Origin: a virus
Taxonomy: Duplodnaviria; Caudoviricetes
DNA: 64,000 nt
IMG/VR virus record: IMGVR_UViG_3300023107_000002
Location: 4,746-68,745 of that record
Strand: one strand, 5' to 3'
In this document: piece by piece, positions 54,501 to 63,715 of the stretch
Position numbering within the stretch: position 1 is the first letter of the stretch
How the letters are laid out: each line of letters begins with the position of its first letter
The notes under the pieces: model-generated
What the model saw: only the letters and a program-made list of their open reading frames with translations
Databases searched by the model: none
Told to the model about the DNA's origin: nothing
Program-made: the position numbers and the translations under genes

Positions 54501-57458
54501 GTTGAGGGTAAAGGCGTGGCGAAAGACGAAGCGGCGACCCTGGCGAACCGAGACATTCGGAAATACACCGACGATCAATTAACCTTCGCGGAAGAACAAG
54601 CAAAACAAAAGACCGCAGAGAATTACCAGGATTTGGTTGACATCGGTGTAATCGATCCTAACACAATGTCGCTGGAAGAAATGCAGGCAATTATCGACGG
54701 CATAAACGATCCTGCTGCAACGCCTGAACAGATTCAGGACCTTAACAACTCGAAGCAGAAAGAAAAAGAGAACGCTTTCCGTCAGCTGATCGAAATGCAG
54801 CAATCCAGCTTGCAAGAGATGATGGACGATGTAGCGTATCTCGATTTGCTTACCCCGCAGGAAGATGTGCTGGTTAGAAAAATACTGGCACTCGATCCAA
54901 AAACACTGTCTATTTCACAGATGGTCCGGATGAACGACGTGATCAACAACATCATAGCCAACGGTGAGTTTTTTGGAGCGGGGGAACTTGCGATACTGTC
55001 TGACATGCAGGCTGACAATAAAACCATGGCGACTGAGATTAAGGCGTCCGGAATCAACCTGAGCAAGTTTGCTGATAATCTATTCGGCAGGATGGCGAAA
55101 GGGTTTGCATCGGTTCAACTCATGTTTGAGTTTATCGCCAAAAGTACGAAACTCGCGTCCAGGATGCAGCAGTTATCAGGTATTCGGGCAGTGTTCAACG
55201 GGCATTCTCGCGCAACCGTTACGCAGGAAGCAACATTGGCAGAGTACGATAAACTGAAGCGAAGCATGGGCAAGCGTCTCGACGAACCTGAGAACAGGTA
55301 TCGCCGGGGAGTGTATGCCCGTATCGTTCAGGATCTCGGCGGAACGGCTGAAGACATTAAAGCAGAGTTCGACAGGGTAAAACAAATCATTCAATTTAGT
55401 TACGAAAGGCTGAGCGCTTCTGAAGACAAAACGGATATTCAGGAAGGCAAGGTTCTACAGAAAGTGTATGATGAAATCCTGAAGGATTCTGAATCAGCAG
55501 CAGACGTGCGCTCTAAACTGGAAACCATCGAACCAGCCAACATTAAACTGGTCGAGTTCTGGCAGAACAAGTTCGGCGAACGTGTTGACGAAGTTGCTGC
55601 CAGTTCAGAAATTTACAACAACAAAATATTCGAACGGTACAACAATTACACGGCGACCAAAGCAAAAAAGATCAACGGGGAACCAATCACTTCTGAGCAG
55701 GAAGATATTTTTAAAGTCACCATGTCAAGCAAGAAGCTGGACGTGTCGCCTTCCAAAACTAAACTCAATCGTATCAAGACGGGGATGCTTCCAGCAGGGA
55801 CTGTATTTGATCTTGATTTTGATTCTGTCCAGGCTGAAAGGTTCTTCCAGACAAACTACGATCTTGAAACGGCGCCTGCCATTGCGAAGGTTCGGGCATT
55901 CTTTGATTCACCGGATTCTGCAAAGTTACTCGGCGGTCAGAAGAACAAGAATACCGTCATGGAGAATATACGGCAAGCAGTACTGAAACAAAAGAACAAA
56001 CAGTTGCCAGCGCCGGAAGCAGAACAGAACTTTGTAAAGTTGCTGAATGTGCTGCAGGTCAAAGGCGCACGTATCGCACTTGGCTCACTGTCTCAGTTGC
56101 CAAAGCAGTATTTGTCCGTAGCCAGCTCAACACTTGCGAATCTCGGAACTGATCTGCCGCTGTACTTTAAAGCATTCGGCGTATCGAATAAGATTAAATT
56201 ATTCGATCTATCCAGCATCGCTACACGTGGAGGCGCAAAGGCTGGGTATAATCACGACGCTGATGTAGCGGCAATCGAACGGTCCATCACGGCCAATGAT
56301 ATTCGTCGCAATACAAAAGAAGTCATGAACACGATGGCGAAGATTGCCGAGTCTTCCATGAGCGCACTGGTTAAATCAGATGTAAGCGTTGCCCGTACTT
56401 CATGGCTTGCCTACTACATGCAGGATCTTAAACGCCAGGGAACGGACATTTCTACAATCGACTGGAACAAAGCGCACGAATCGTTCAATGAAGAAGCGGC
56501 GGCCTATGCAGAACAAATGGTCAGCCGGTCACAGAACCCGAATAACAATACCGAACTCGCAACATATTACCGCGACACAAAAGGGCTTGGTTCGGTGCTG
56601 AAAAATCTGGTACTCCCGTTCAGTTCATTCTCTACCAACCAGCGCGTAAGAATGACGAACGATATGCAGAAGATATGGAAAGGCGGGAATAAAGCAGAAG
56701 CGGCACGATCACTCGCAGCGACCGTTGTAGAAACAGGCGTATTCAACGCGATCAAGATTTACGCACTATCTGGCTGGATTACAACTCCTGCGTCACAATT
56801 CTTAGCATCCGTGTTCGGCATGTGGGATGAAGAAGATGAAAAGAAAGTAGATGACTACCAAAGCGTTGACATCAAGGTAGGCGAATCTACATTCAACGTC
56901 AGCGACAAACAGAAGCGTCTTGTAGCAAACATGATGAATGATTATTTATTCTCCGGGTTGGGCGGAGCAGTTCAAGGAGCCAGTCAAAAAGGAATGAACT
57001 GGATTTATTCGAACATAGCTAGTGAAGAATATCCAAACGGCGGCAAGGCCAGTAAATCTCCGAAACTATTCTACGAGTTTGACGATTCAAAAAACGGCGG
57101 GTTTAGTTCATGGGGAATGTATGGCATCCTGCCAACGCAGGTTAACGCACTTTCAAAGAATGCAGAAGAAGCGATTCTGGGGCAGACTGACAGGGTTGTA
57201 AAAGGCGGCATGGGCGATAAAGTCGTAACCGAGAAAACTGAGATTACCACACAGGAACAGCAAGCCGCAGCATTAAACTTCATGATTAATTCATTCGCCT
57301 TGTTCGGAATAGGTGACGCTGAAGTCACAAACATCAACCGTAAACTTGGTGCTATCATGGAAAAGAAGATGAAAGCAAGGTACGGCGGGGAAAATACAAT
57401 TACCATTTCCAGTAAAGGCAAAGGTCAGCCGCAGTCGTCCGAAGGCAATCTGCCGTGA
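51510..57458 (+). CDS. Giant internal virion/ejection protein (1982 aa) with ParB/Srx-like segment
   Basis: Largely helical; PAIIDQSGEVLDGNKRL motif at ~aa 630-650. Confidence 0.65.
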   Translation: MPDPIKDLQAGLSDDKLKQKYKMSDDDVFNLRKFSYVTTKGGASVDDALELYPTVSKYVKPAGSKTPIASEIETFDPKNLKVGNDQPVMPNGKAQPDITPALKKQMQDNAPAFSLGQAIASQPAKELIAQETGVPVNMQRTLDPVAAPEPKEDKQAIKNQEDADILYSTPQGRMYYDLIQPIWKTATKAGGNIAAAVVRGSSMVVNPLNKALGNDEKSAAIADGLVDYFDFDRRAKENRTDAAIYATPTKLQGNLINDGKVSTTKLIPKTIENLTNMAILVGGGGVGKGALFVKSYLMTEEDYRKQGKDAGLKGGQLDAFATVAAGLTSVLEGISPNNAALGQFKPKLVAAAVKDIKAGVSVTTALKRAAKEYGSENAKEVGQELFQNFGDHVVKKVSDESFDSQFNDNMQYKDVQKEVLETALMTILPTTLLMTPSAIRQYRPNNQTISSLDFAADNQEVFNQAVDKSVASGQFTDTDAQTMKDNVGLYSTKVKQMREMGYSPDQSARIAFAAYKDAKTKVGTQAITDSPVLKATLGAEAKKDEEQLQNEVKDAAMGIPEVGTELSGVDLSKIVNNTPNSPSTLVDQIKDKDYVVDEIDLQEKYDNDPAFKLQVEAAKESKEDPEGLRTPAIIDQSGEVLDGNKRLAQQFADGETTARVFRELKAEPDTKPSVIMPQDNKPIETITIQAEEPAIGTTDTSSETPSEVVDTEPIEPIDPDAVDYEAPVTNYEKAKSIADKMRAFASSIEVDANAAYSRPDVIPRAMLATGIRLAAKAVEAGGAIADGIKAAVDYIKSQNTGMDDNMIREEVVNAIVGAGIKQAPKRTSVKASIKGATNTTVKNKIVTVVNELDALRKQIKEKYKTIVANELRANIDDLLNKAEERGAFTSTAKATAVASIARILNKATTPAKLLKAVDKIGKVIENVEYEKDLNQANDTRSKIAKAIKGKSLTRAASNVETTKAFLKIKPENVSDLAAYNEIAAKVLETQKAASVKIVEGKGVAKDEAATLANRDIRKYTDDQLTFAEEQAKQKTAENYQDLVDIGVIDPNTMSLEEMQAIIDGINDPAATPEQIQDLNNSKQKEKENAFRQLIEMQQSSLQEMMDDVAYLDLLTPQEDVLVRKILALDPKTLSISQMVRMNDVINNIIANGEFFGAGELAILSDMQADNKTMATEIKASGINLSKFADNLFGRMAKGFASVQLMFEFIAKSTKLASRMQQLSGIRAVFNGHSRATVTQEATLAEYDKLKRSMGKRLDEPENRYRRGVYARIVQDLGGTAEDIKAEFDRVKQIIQFSYERLSASEDKTDIQEGKVLQKVYDEILKDSESAADVRSKLETIEPANIKLVEFWQNKFGERVDEVAASSEIYNNKIFERYNNYTATKAKKINGEPITSEQEDIFKVTMSSKKLDVSPSKTKLNRIKTGMLPAGTVFDLDFDSVQAERFFQTNYDLETAPAIAKVRAFFDSPDSAKLLGGQKNKNTVMENIRQAVLKQKNKQLPAPEAEQNFVKLLNVLQVKGARIALGSLSQLPKQYLSVASSTLANLGTDLPLYFKAFGVSNKIKLFDLSSIATRGGAKAGYNHDADVAAIERSITANDIRRNTKEVMNTMAKIAESSMSALVKSDVSVARTSWLAYYMQDLKRQGTDISTIDWNKAHESFNEEAAAYAEQMVSRSQNPNNNTELATYYRDTKGLGSVLKNLVLPFSSFSTNQRVRMTNDMQKIWKGGNKAEAARSLAATVVETGVFNAIKIYALSGWITTPASQFLASVFGMWDEEDEKKVDDYQSVDIKVGESTFNVSDKQKRLVANMMNDYLFSGLGGAVQGASQKGMNWIYSNIASEEYPNGGKASKSPKLFYEFDDSKNGGFSSWGMYGILPTQVNALSKNAEEAILGQTDRVVKGGMGDKVVTEKTEITTQEQQAAALNFMINSFALFGIGDAEVTNINRKLGAIMEKKMKARYGGENTITISSKGKGQPQSSEGNLP

Positions 57459-57498
57459 TAATTAATAAATTCCAAAAAACAAGTCTAATTTTATATTA

Positions 57499-57513
57499 GT
57501 TACGAATCATAAC
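57499..57513 (+). promoter_or_regulatory. 15-bp motif copy 4
   Basis: Exact copy ending 3 nt before ATG 57517. Confidence 0.8.
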
Positions 57514-57516
57514 CCT

Positions 57517-58110
57517 ATGAACTACACGGAAAAAGATTTCAACGGGTGCCTGTTTAATCCGCTCAAGAAAGATTTGTTCAAGACTTATCCGAGGTTGAGC
57601 GAGATGTTCCCTGATGGGGTGTCTAATTCGGACACGCTTGCAGTAAAATACATTATCTGCATGTATGATCCGAAGTCACCCTTTATTAAAGAGTACAGCG
57701 ACCTCACTGTTAGAAAACAATCTGCCGCGTTATACGCTGGATATGAGTTGCTTTCGAACCAAGTGATTTTAGAAAGCATGTTTCAGTTCTCGGAAGACAG
57801 GTTTACAGTAGCTGTTGATTATTTCTTGAGAATGTTTGTGAGGTCAAGGCTTTGGGCAATGATCATCAGCATGGAACAGGTGTGGTGGGGTTTTAATAAT
57901 CGCATTACCAAACCTGTTAAAGCTGAAAAAGACAAAGAGGAGCTGCAGGCGTATCAAATTATTTCCACGATAGGCGATGAAATGGATAAGTTAAATGATA
58001 GGTTGGAAGGTTATTACCGCAAATTCTACAGCGAGGATGATGCCCTGCTTGACGCTGCGAATAAGATCCACAGAGTTTCACCCGAATCAATTGCGATAAA
58101 TGGAAAATAA
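57517..58110 (+). CDS. Helical protein heading the packaging operon (small-terminase candidate)
   Basis: Position upstream of terL; no diagnostic motif. Confidence 0.45.
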   Translation: MNYTEKDFNGCLFNPLKKDLFKTYPRLSEMFPDGVSNSDTLAVKYIICMYDPKSPFIKEYSDLTVRKQSAALYAGYELLSNQVILESMFQFSEDRFTVAVDYFLRMFVRSRLWAMIISMEQVWWGFNNRITKPVKAEKDKEELQAYQIISTIGDEMDKLNDRLEGYYRKFYSEDDALLDAANKIHRVSPESIAINGK

Positions 58111-58885
58111 ATCCTGTATAAAATGCGGTAATCAGAAGTCTATCAACGAATTCTACTTCAGAAAAGATAGTCAGAAATACCGAGATGAATGCAAATCGTG
58201 TGTTTCAGAGAGGAGCAGGATATTTCATCATGCCAACATTGATTCTAATAAGAAAAGGCAAAAATTATACAGGGACAATAATAAAGAGTCACTTAACGCA
58301 TCAAGTAAGCTATGGCGGGAAGCCAACAAAGAGAGGGTTACAAAGAATCATTTGATTTATAATGAGTTGAACAAAGAGCAAATAATTTTAAAAAAAGCTG
58401 CCTTTTACCTAAAAAATAAAGACCGGATTAACGCTCAAAAAAAAGAATACAATTTAAGAACTGCAGAGAAAAAAAGAGAGAGGCAGCGAAAGTACGACCT
58501 AGAAAACAAGCAACACCTTCGAAAAAAAAGAAGGGAATGGGAAAACGCAAGGCTGGATTCTGATCCGGAATACAGGATAAGCAAGAATGTCCGGCGAAGA
58601 ATTACGATGGCGTTAAAAACAGGAACCAATGGAATACGCACATGTCAACTGATCGGGTGTTCTATACCTGAATTAAAGTTACACTTAGAGTCTCAGTTTT
58701 CGGAAGGGATGTCGTGGGACAACTACGGGCAATGGCATATTGATCACAAAATCCCGTTGAGTTGGTTCAATCTTACAAACGAATCCTGTCTGATGACTGC
58801 GCTAAATTTCAGAAACCTACAGCCACTATGGGGCATAGATAACATTAAAAAAAGCAACAAGGTCGCGCATGTATTATCCTATTAA
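58100..58885 (+). CDS. HNH endonuclease with N-terminal Zn finger and Lys/Arg-rich coil
   Basis: CIKC..EFYF...CKSC; LIGCS..ELK.HLE.QF..GMSWDNYGQWHIDHKIP...NLQPLW..DN..KSNK; AT-rich; overlaps terL start. Confidence 0.88.
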   Translation: MENKSCIKCGNQKSINEFYFRKDSQKYRDECKSCVSERSRIFHHANIDSNKKRQKLYRDNNKESLNASSKLWREANKERVTKNHLIYNELNKEQIILKKAAFYLKNKDRINAQKKEYNLRTAEKKRERQRKYDLENKQHLRKKRREWENARLDSDPEYRISKNVRRRITMALKTGTNGIRTCQLIGCSIPELKLHLESQFSEGMSWDNYGQWHIDHKIPLSWFNLTNESCLMTALNFRNLQPLWGIDNIKKSNKVAHVLSY

Positions 58886-60866
58886 AGACGGATCGGTTGA
58901 AAAGATATATGGCTATGAATGCCAATTGCCGCCTGTTGGGTATGGGAAAAATGTGGTCAATGGTGAACTGGAATTTGTTGGCATTGCATCGTCGTCGTCA
59001 ATAAAAAAAGAACAGGTATGGGTTAGAACAGAACTGCCGAAAGACTGGAAAATAAAGCGGGGAAAAGAGTTGTTAAAAATGTCTAATGACCCGGACTACA
59101 TTGACCCTGCATTAGAGCAATTTAGGCAGCAAGAATGGAGAAGAAGGTTATGTGGGTATTGGTTTATGAATAATGGCATCCCGACCTATATCACAGGATT
59201 AAACTATTTCTATGCCACATGGTGGAAGTTGGATGGCATATACCCCGATTACCGAGACTCTGACCGAAAATACTATTATGTCGTAGCGTACTGTATCGAA
59301 GATCCCCGTTGTGCCGGGTTGATATATGCAGCTAATAGACGCGCGGGTAAAACCTACAAAGGCACCTGTTTACTCTTTGAATACATTTCCAGATCACAGG
59401 ATAAGTATGCTGGTATTCAATCTAAAACAGGGGCAGACGCTAAGGCTGTTTTCTCAAACAAGCTAATTAATAGCTTTTACAATCTGCCTGATTTTTTCCG
59501 TCCCGTGTTTGATACAGGCAAATCCATCAGACCGTCTGCTGAATTACGTTTTCAAAATGCGAATAAGAAAGGCGCGAAGGCTGTTTTGGATTTTGGAAAA
59601 GTCGAACTTAATTCTTGGATTGACTGGAAATCTTCTGAAAAGTTTGCTTACGATGGCGCGAAACTTCATAGATATCTTGGCGATGAAGTGGGAAAAACCC
59701 CCAATGAGGTAGACGTATATGCCCGTCATCAAGTTGTAAAATATTGCCTTACGCAAAATGGGCAATGGGTTGGTTTTGCGATTTATACAACAACGGTCGA
59801 ACTAATGGAGTCAGGCAACACATTCCAAAAAATGTGGATGGATAGTGACCCTCAAGTTCGTGACAAGAACGATCAGACAAAAACAGGGTTGTACAGATAT
59901 TTTATTCCCGCATTTGAAGCAACCAGCTTTGACAAATACGGTATGCCAAATGTGGAAGAGGACAAGCTATTTTACCTCAATAGAAGGGCTGCGTTATCTG
60001 GTAACGATCTAACTTCCGAGATAAAGAAAAACGCCTTTAATGAACACGAGATGTTCATGACCAATGGCGAGAAGTGCCTGTACAATTCTTTGAAACTTAA
60101 CCAGCGGCTTGACGTGCTTTCCTGGAACGAAACAACCGAACGCGGGAATTTCGAATGGAAAGATGCTGTCAGAGATTCAGAAGTGTTGTGGGTTAAGACA
60201 AAAAACGGTAGATGGGAAATGCCATTGGGATTTTCTCTTGCTGTTCCAAACAATACGATACATCGCGGCAACGGGTATGTGCCGGGGAATAAAATGCGAT
60301 TCATCTCGGCGGTTGACCCGTATGATCATGATACTACGCAGGACGATGGACGGCAATCAAAAGCAGCAAGTTTCGTTTTGCAGAAAAACAACCCCCTGGA
60401 CGGAGACAATCCGTTCAATAAAGCATTCGTGTGCAAGTATCACGCAAGGCCAGCTATGGCAAGCATGATGTACGAGGACATGATTATGCAGTCGTTCTAC
60501 TTTGGCTCTCCATTGCTTTATGAAACCAACAAACCGGGGATCAAACGATACTTCTTTGATCGGGGATACGGCGGGTTCCTGATCTACATACCCGGATACA
60601 AAGAGCCTGGCATTCCATCAACGCCTGAGAATAAACAAACACTGGCAGAACTCACAGAGGAGTATGTTGAGAACCATATTGAAAAAGTTTTCTTCAGTTC
60701 GCTTTGTGTGGACTGGTTAAACTTTGATCTCAAGAACACACAACCTTCCGATGAAGCTATGGCAGCAGGATGGACGCTGGTAGCAGATATGCAAATCGTA
60801 TTTAAACGTGAATCTTCCAGCACCCGCGAAGTCACCGATTATTTCAGAATGAAAAAAGTAAGTTAA
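58869..60866 (+). CDS. terL: Terminase large subunit
   Basis: Walker A NRRAGKT, Walker B YLGDEVGK, YTTT coupling motif, nuclease SAVDPYD, LYETNKPG, DEAMA. Confidence 0.93.
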   Translation: MYYPIKDGSVEKIYGYECQLPPVGYGKNVVNGELEFVGIASSSSIKKEQVWVRTELPKDWKIKRGKELLKMSNDPDYIDPALEQFRQQEWRRRLCGYWFMNNGIPTYITGLNYFYATWWKLDGIYPDYRDSDRKYYYVVAYCIEDPRCAGLIYAANRRAGKTYKGTCLLFEYISRSQDKYAGIQSKTGADAKAVFSNKLINSFYNLPDFFRPVFDTGKSIRPSAELRFQNANKKGAKAVLDFGKVELNSWIDWKSSEKFAYDGAKLHRYLGDEVGKTPNEVDVYARHQVVKYCLTQNGQWVGFAIYTTTVELMESGNTFQKMWMDSDPQVRDKNDQTKTGLYRYFIPAFEATSFDKYGMPNVEEDKLFYLNRRAALSGNDLTSEIKKNAFNEHEMFMTNGEKCLYNSLKLNQRLDVLSWNETTERGNFEWKDAVRDSEVLWVKTKNGRWEMPLGFSLAVPNNTIHRGNGYVPGNKMRFISAVDPYDHDTTQDDGRQSKAASFVLQKNNPLDGDNPFNKAFVCKYHARPAMASMMYEDMIMQSFYFGSPLLYETNKPGIKRYFFDRGYGGFLIYIPGYKEPGIPSTPENKQTLAELTEEYVENHIEKVFFSSLCVDWLNFDLKNTQPSDEAMAAGWTLVADMQIVFKRESSSTREVTDYFRMKKVS

Positions 60867-63214
60867 TGTATCCTGATCCAAACATAGACCCGAAGACGAA
60901 AGACAAAACATTCATGCTGGCCTACGCAAAACAGGCATGGCGAGACAGCGTGAGCAACAACACGTCGACCGGGATCGCGTCAAGCATCTTTTATGGGGCG
61001 TCGCAGAAATACGAGACGTTGAAAAAGTATGCGCTGGGTAAACAGGATACGAAGAAATACGGACTGCCTTATGTTGACAAGGACGGCAAGACGTTTGCAA
61101 CCGGACTTGATCTTACAGTTCGTCCGGTGATCTCTAAATACCGGGATATTGCCATCAGTAAATTGCAGCAGCGGCAGTATAACATCGTTGCTACGCCTAT
61201 TGACGCACTTGCGAAAGACGAGACCGAAAAGTTCTTCAACGAAGCGAAGGTTAAGATCATGATGCGGGACATGGCGAAACAGGCCAATCCGGAATTACTT
61301 GATTCGCCACAATTGAAACAAGAGCCAGGTGAAGCGGAAGACCTGGAAGAACTCGACATGCAGAAGGATTACACCTACAAGCATAACATGGCGATGGAAG
61401 CTGAAATGGCGTGGGAACTTGTAGCGGACATGAATGATTTCCCGGAAGAAAGAAACATCACCATCACGAACTGGTATGACTACGGCGTAGGTGGGTACAA
61501 AGAATGGAACGACGAGAACGGGAACACATGCGTTCGGGCTGTTAATCCGGCGAATATTATCTGCAGTCGGTCGGTTCGGGCAGACTTCAAAGATTGCACC
61601 CATTTTGGGGAAGTGATCGAAGTGAATGTTTCGGAACTAGTGCCTTTATTTACAAAGGACGAACTTGATATAATCAAGAATGCAAACGATCAGAATGCAT
61701 ATCGACCAACCGCTACATTCGGCACAAAAGAAAAGTCAAAGGTTTACGTGCTTGACTTGGAGTTTATTTCTACAGACGAGATGGTATTCTCGCAACGTGT
61801 AAACAGCAAGGGCAATCTTGTCTTTGGCCGGGATAAATACGAATACAAAAGGAAGGACACGAAAGTTGTTATTGACGGGAAAGAGGTGCCAAAATTTTCA
61901 ACCCGCAAAGTTCAGCAGGTATATAAATGCAAATGGATCATTGGTACCGAATTCGTCTACGATGAAGGGCTGGCTACTAACCAGAAGCGCGAGAAATCGA
62001 ATCTTGCAAAAGCCTGCCTTAGTTACCACTTGTACGCCTTCAACTTTTATAACATGGTGGCTGTCGGTGTAATGGAACGCCTTGTTCCTACACTCGACGA
62101 ATACCAGGAAACGGTTGTGAAGATCCGCAACTTCAAAAACAAATGGATTCCGTATATCATTGATATTGACATGGACGCGCTGGAAAACGTTGCGTTAGGT
62201 CAGGGCGGCCAGTCGATGAAACCAATGGAACTGATTGACATGATGTTCCAGACGAACGTTATGCTTTCCCGAAAACGCGATGGCAGTACCGGCAACATCA
62301 ATTACAAATCTGTAGATGTTCAGCCAACACCAATGGCAAATGAATTTGCGGTATTGCTGCAGGACTTGTCACGCCTGCTTCAGGAGATCAGCGATTTATC
62401 CGGGTTCAACCAGCTCACAGACGGCTCGACGCCAAACGCGAAAACCCTTGTTCCTGTGGCAAATTCGGCTATCGATGCTACCAACAATAGCCAGTACCCA
62501 ATCATTCGTGCTGACAAGAACGTAAACGCCCGTCTCGCAAAGGGATGTATTCAGCGTGTACAGGCCGCTTTAAAATCAGGCAAGACGGTTCAGGGTGTTA
62601 TAAAAGATGCGCTCGGTTCCAATACGGAGAAATTCTGGCAGGCATCACCTGATCTGAAACTATACGAGATCGGCATCATGGTAGAGGACAGGCCAACCAA
62701 TCAGGAGTGGTCAATGCTGATCCAGGATCTCAATCTGAAAGATGCGCAAGGACAGGTTGATCCGTCCGTTAAGGTTATGATTCGTAACTGTCGCAGTCTG
62801 AAGCAGGCTGAAATGTTACTTGCTTTCCACGTTAAAAAGAAACGCGAGAAAGATCAGCAAATGGCAATGCAAAATGCGCAACAGACCGGTCAGATTCAGA
62901 TTCAATCAGCACAGGCAGCAGAGAAAGCAAAGCAGGAAACGTTGAAAGAAGAATACCGCTTAAAGAAAGAACTTGCTGATTTAGAAAAAGATTGGGATTA
63001 TAGAATAGCAAAATTAAAATCAGATAACGCAAACGCTATTCAGCAATCATCTGCCGGAATGAAACTAGCAGGCACCATGATGCAGCAGGATCACGACGAA
63101 AGGAAAAGCAAAATCGAACAGGGGATAACTGTTCCGGAACCAGCGCCACAGCCCACGATGGAAGAGATGCCTATGGAGCAAATGACTGAGCCACCCACAG
63201 AGCAATTAATTTAA
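60866..63214 (+). CDS. Portal protein
   Basis: 782 aa immediately after terL; podovirus portal size with Gln-rich C-terminal coil. Confidence 0.88.
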   Translation: MYPDPNIDPKTKDKTFMLAYAKQAWRDSVSNNTSTGIASSIFYGASQKYETLKKYALGKQDTKKYGLPYVDKDGKTFATGLDLTVRPVISKYRDIAISKLQQRQYNIVATPIDALAKDETEKFFNEAKVKIMMRDMAKQANPELLDSPQLKQEPGEAEDLEELDMQKDYTYKHNMAMEAEMAWELVADMNDFPEERNITITNWYDYGVGGYKEWNDENGNTCVRAVNPANIICSRSVRADFKDCTHFGEVIEVNVSELVPLFTKDELDIIKNANDQNAYRPTATFGTKEKSKVYVLDLEFISTDEMVFSQRVNSKGNLVFGRDKYEYKRKDTKVVIDGKEVPKFSTRKVQQVYKCKWIIGTEFVYDEGLATNQKREKSNLAKACLSYHLYAFNFYNMVAVGVMERLVPTLDEYQETVVKIRNFKNKWIPYIIDIDMDALENVALGQGGQSMKPMELIDMMFQTNVMLSRKRDGSTGNINYKSVDVQPTPMANEFAVLLQDLSRLLQEISDLSGFNQLTDGSTPNAKTLVPVANSAIDATNNSQYPIIRADKNVNARLAKGCIQRVQAALKSGKTVQGVIKDALGSNTEKFWQASPDLKLYEIGIMVEDRPTNQEWSMLIQDLNLKDAQGQVDPSVKVMIRNCRSLKQAEMLLAFHVKKKREKDQQMAMQNAQQTGQIQIQSAQAAEKAKQETLKEEYRLKKELADLEKDWDYRIAKLKSDNANAIQQSSAGMKLAGTMMQQDHDERKSKIEQGITVPEPAPQPTMEEMPMEQMTEPPTEQLI
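62774..62788 (-). promoter_or_regulatory. 15-bp motif copy 5 (reverse orientation, inside portal gene)
   Basis: GTTATGATTCGTAAC, exact reverse complement. Confidence 0.65.
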
Positions 63215-63266
63215 AAAACCTGCCGTAATATTTGCAACGTATTGAAAAAAGTGTTTGAGTTTTGTA

Positions 63267-63281
63267 GTTACGAATCATAAC
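63267..63281 (+). promoter_or_regulatory. 15-bp motif copy 6
   Basis: Exact copy ending 15 nt before ATG 63297. Confidence 0.8.
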
Positions 63282-63296
63282 TATAATTCTTGTTCT

Positions 63297-63689
63297 ATGG
63301 AAGGTGTTTATAAACAAACAGTAACAGTTGAAAAAATCGCATTCAACGATTCGATTAAAAAGAAACTGAAGGCCGGAGAAAAAGCCGTAAACGCTGACGT
63401 TAAACTTAACGAAGAAGGTGAATTCACTTCCTTTCGTTCTGTAAACAACCTGCAGACCGCAGTTAAAGAAGGCCAGTCGCTTATCACATTTGCTGATGGC
63501 AGCCAGAAACTTCTGACTGAAGAAGATGCAAAAGAAAACCTGACCGTTTCAAAGAAGAAAGAAACAGCAGAAGATGAAACAGCGCAGGTTATTGTGAAAA
63601 CAACAGACGGCACACAAACGATTCTTGACGCTGAAACTTCAGCCGATATTTTGAAAGGCGACGACTCCAAATCCGGGAAGAAAAAATAA
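63297..63689 (+). CDS. Hypothetical head-operon protein
   Basis: Start moved from 63255 to ATG 63297; internal repeat TFADGSQKLL / KTTDGTQTIL. Confidence 0.65.
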   Translation: MEGVYKQTVTVEKIAFNDSIKKKLKAGEKAVNADVKLNEEGEFTSFRSVNNLQTAVKEGQSLITFADGSQKLLTEEDAKENLTVSKKKETAEDETAQVIVKTTDGTQTILDAETSADILKGDDSKSGKKK

Positions 63690-63715
63690 GATAATCCGTA
63701 CCCTAAAAAACCCTA

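Noticed and set aside
55809-55823. DLDFD (DxDxD) in the 1982-aa protein as a crAss-type virion RNA polymerase active site
   Set aside because: Lacks the surrounding DFDGD/DFDIDK context and lies in a helical region. Foldseek against two-barrel polymerases would settle it.
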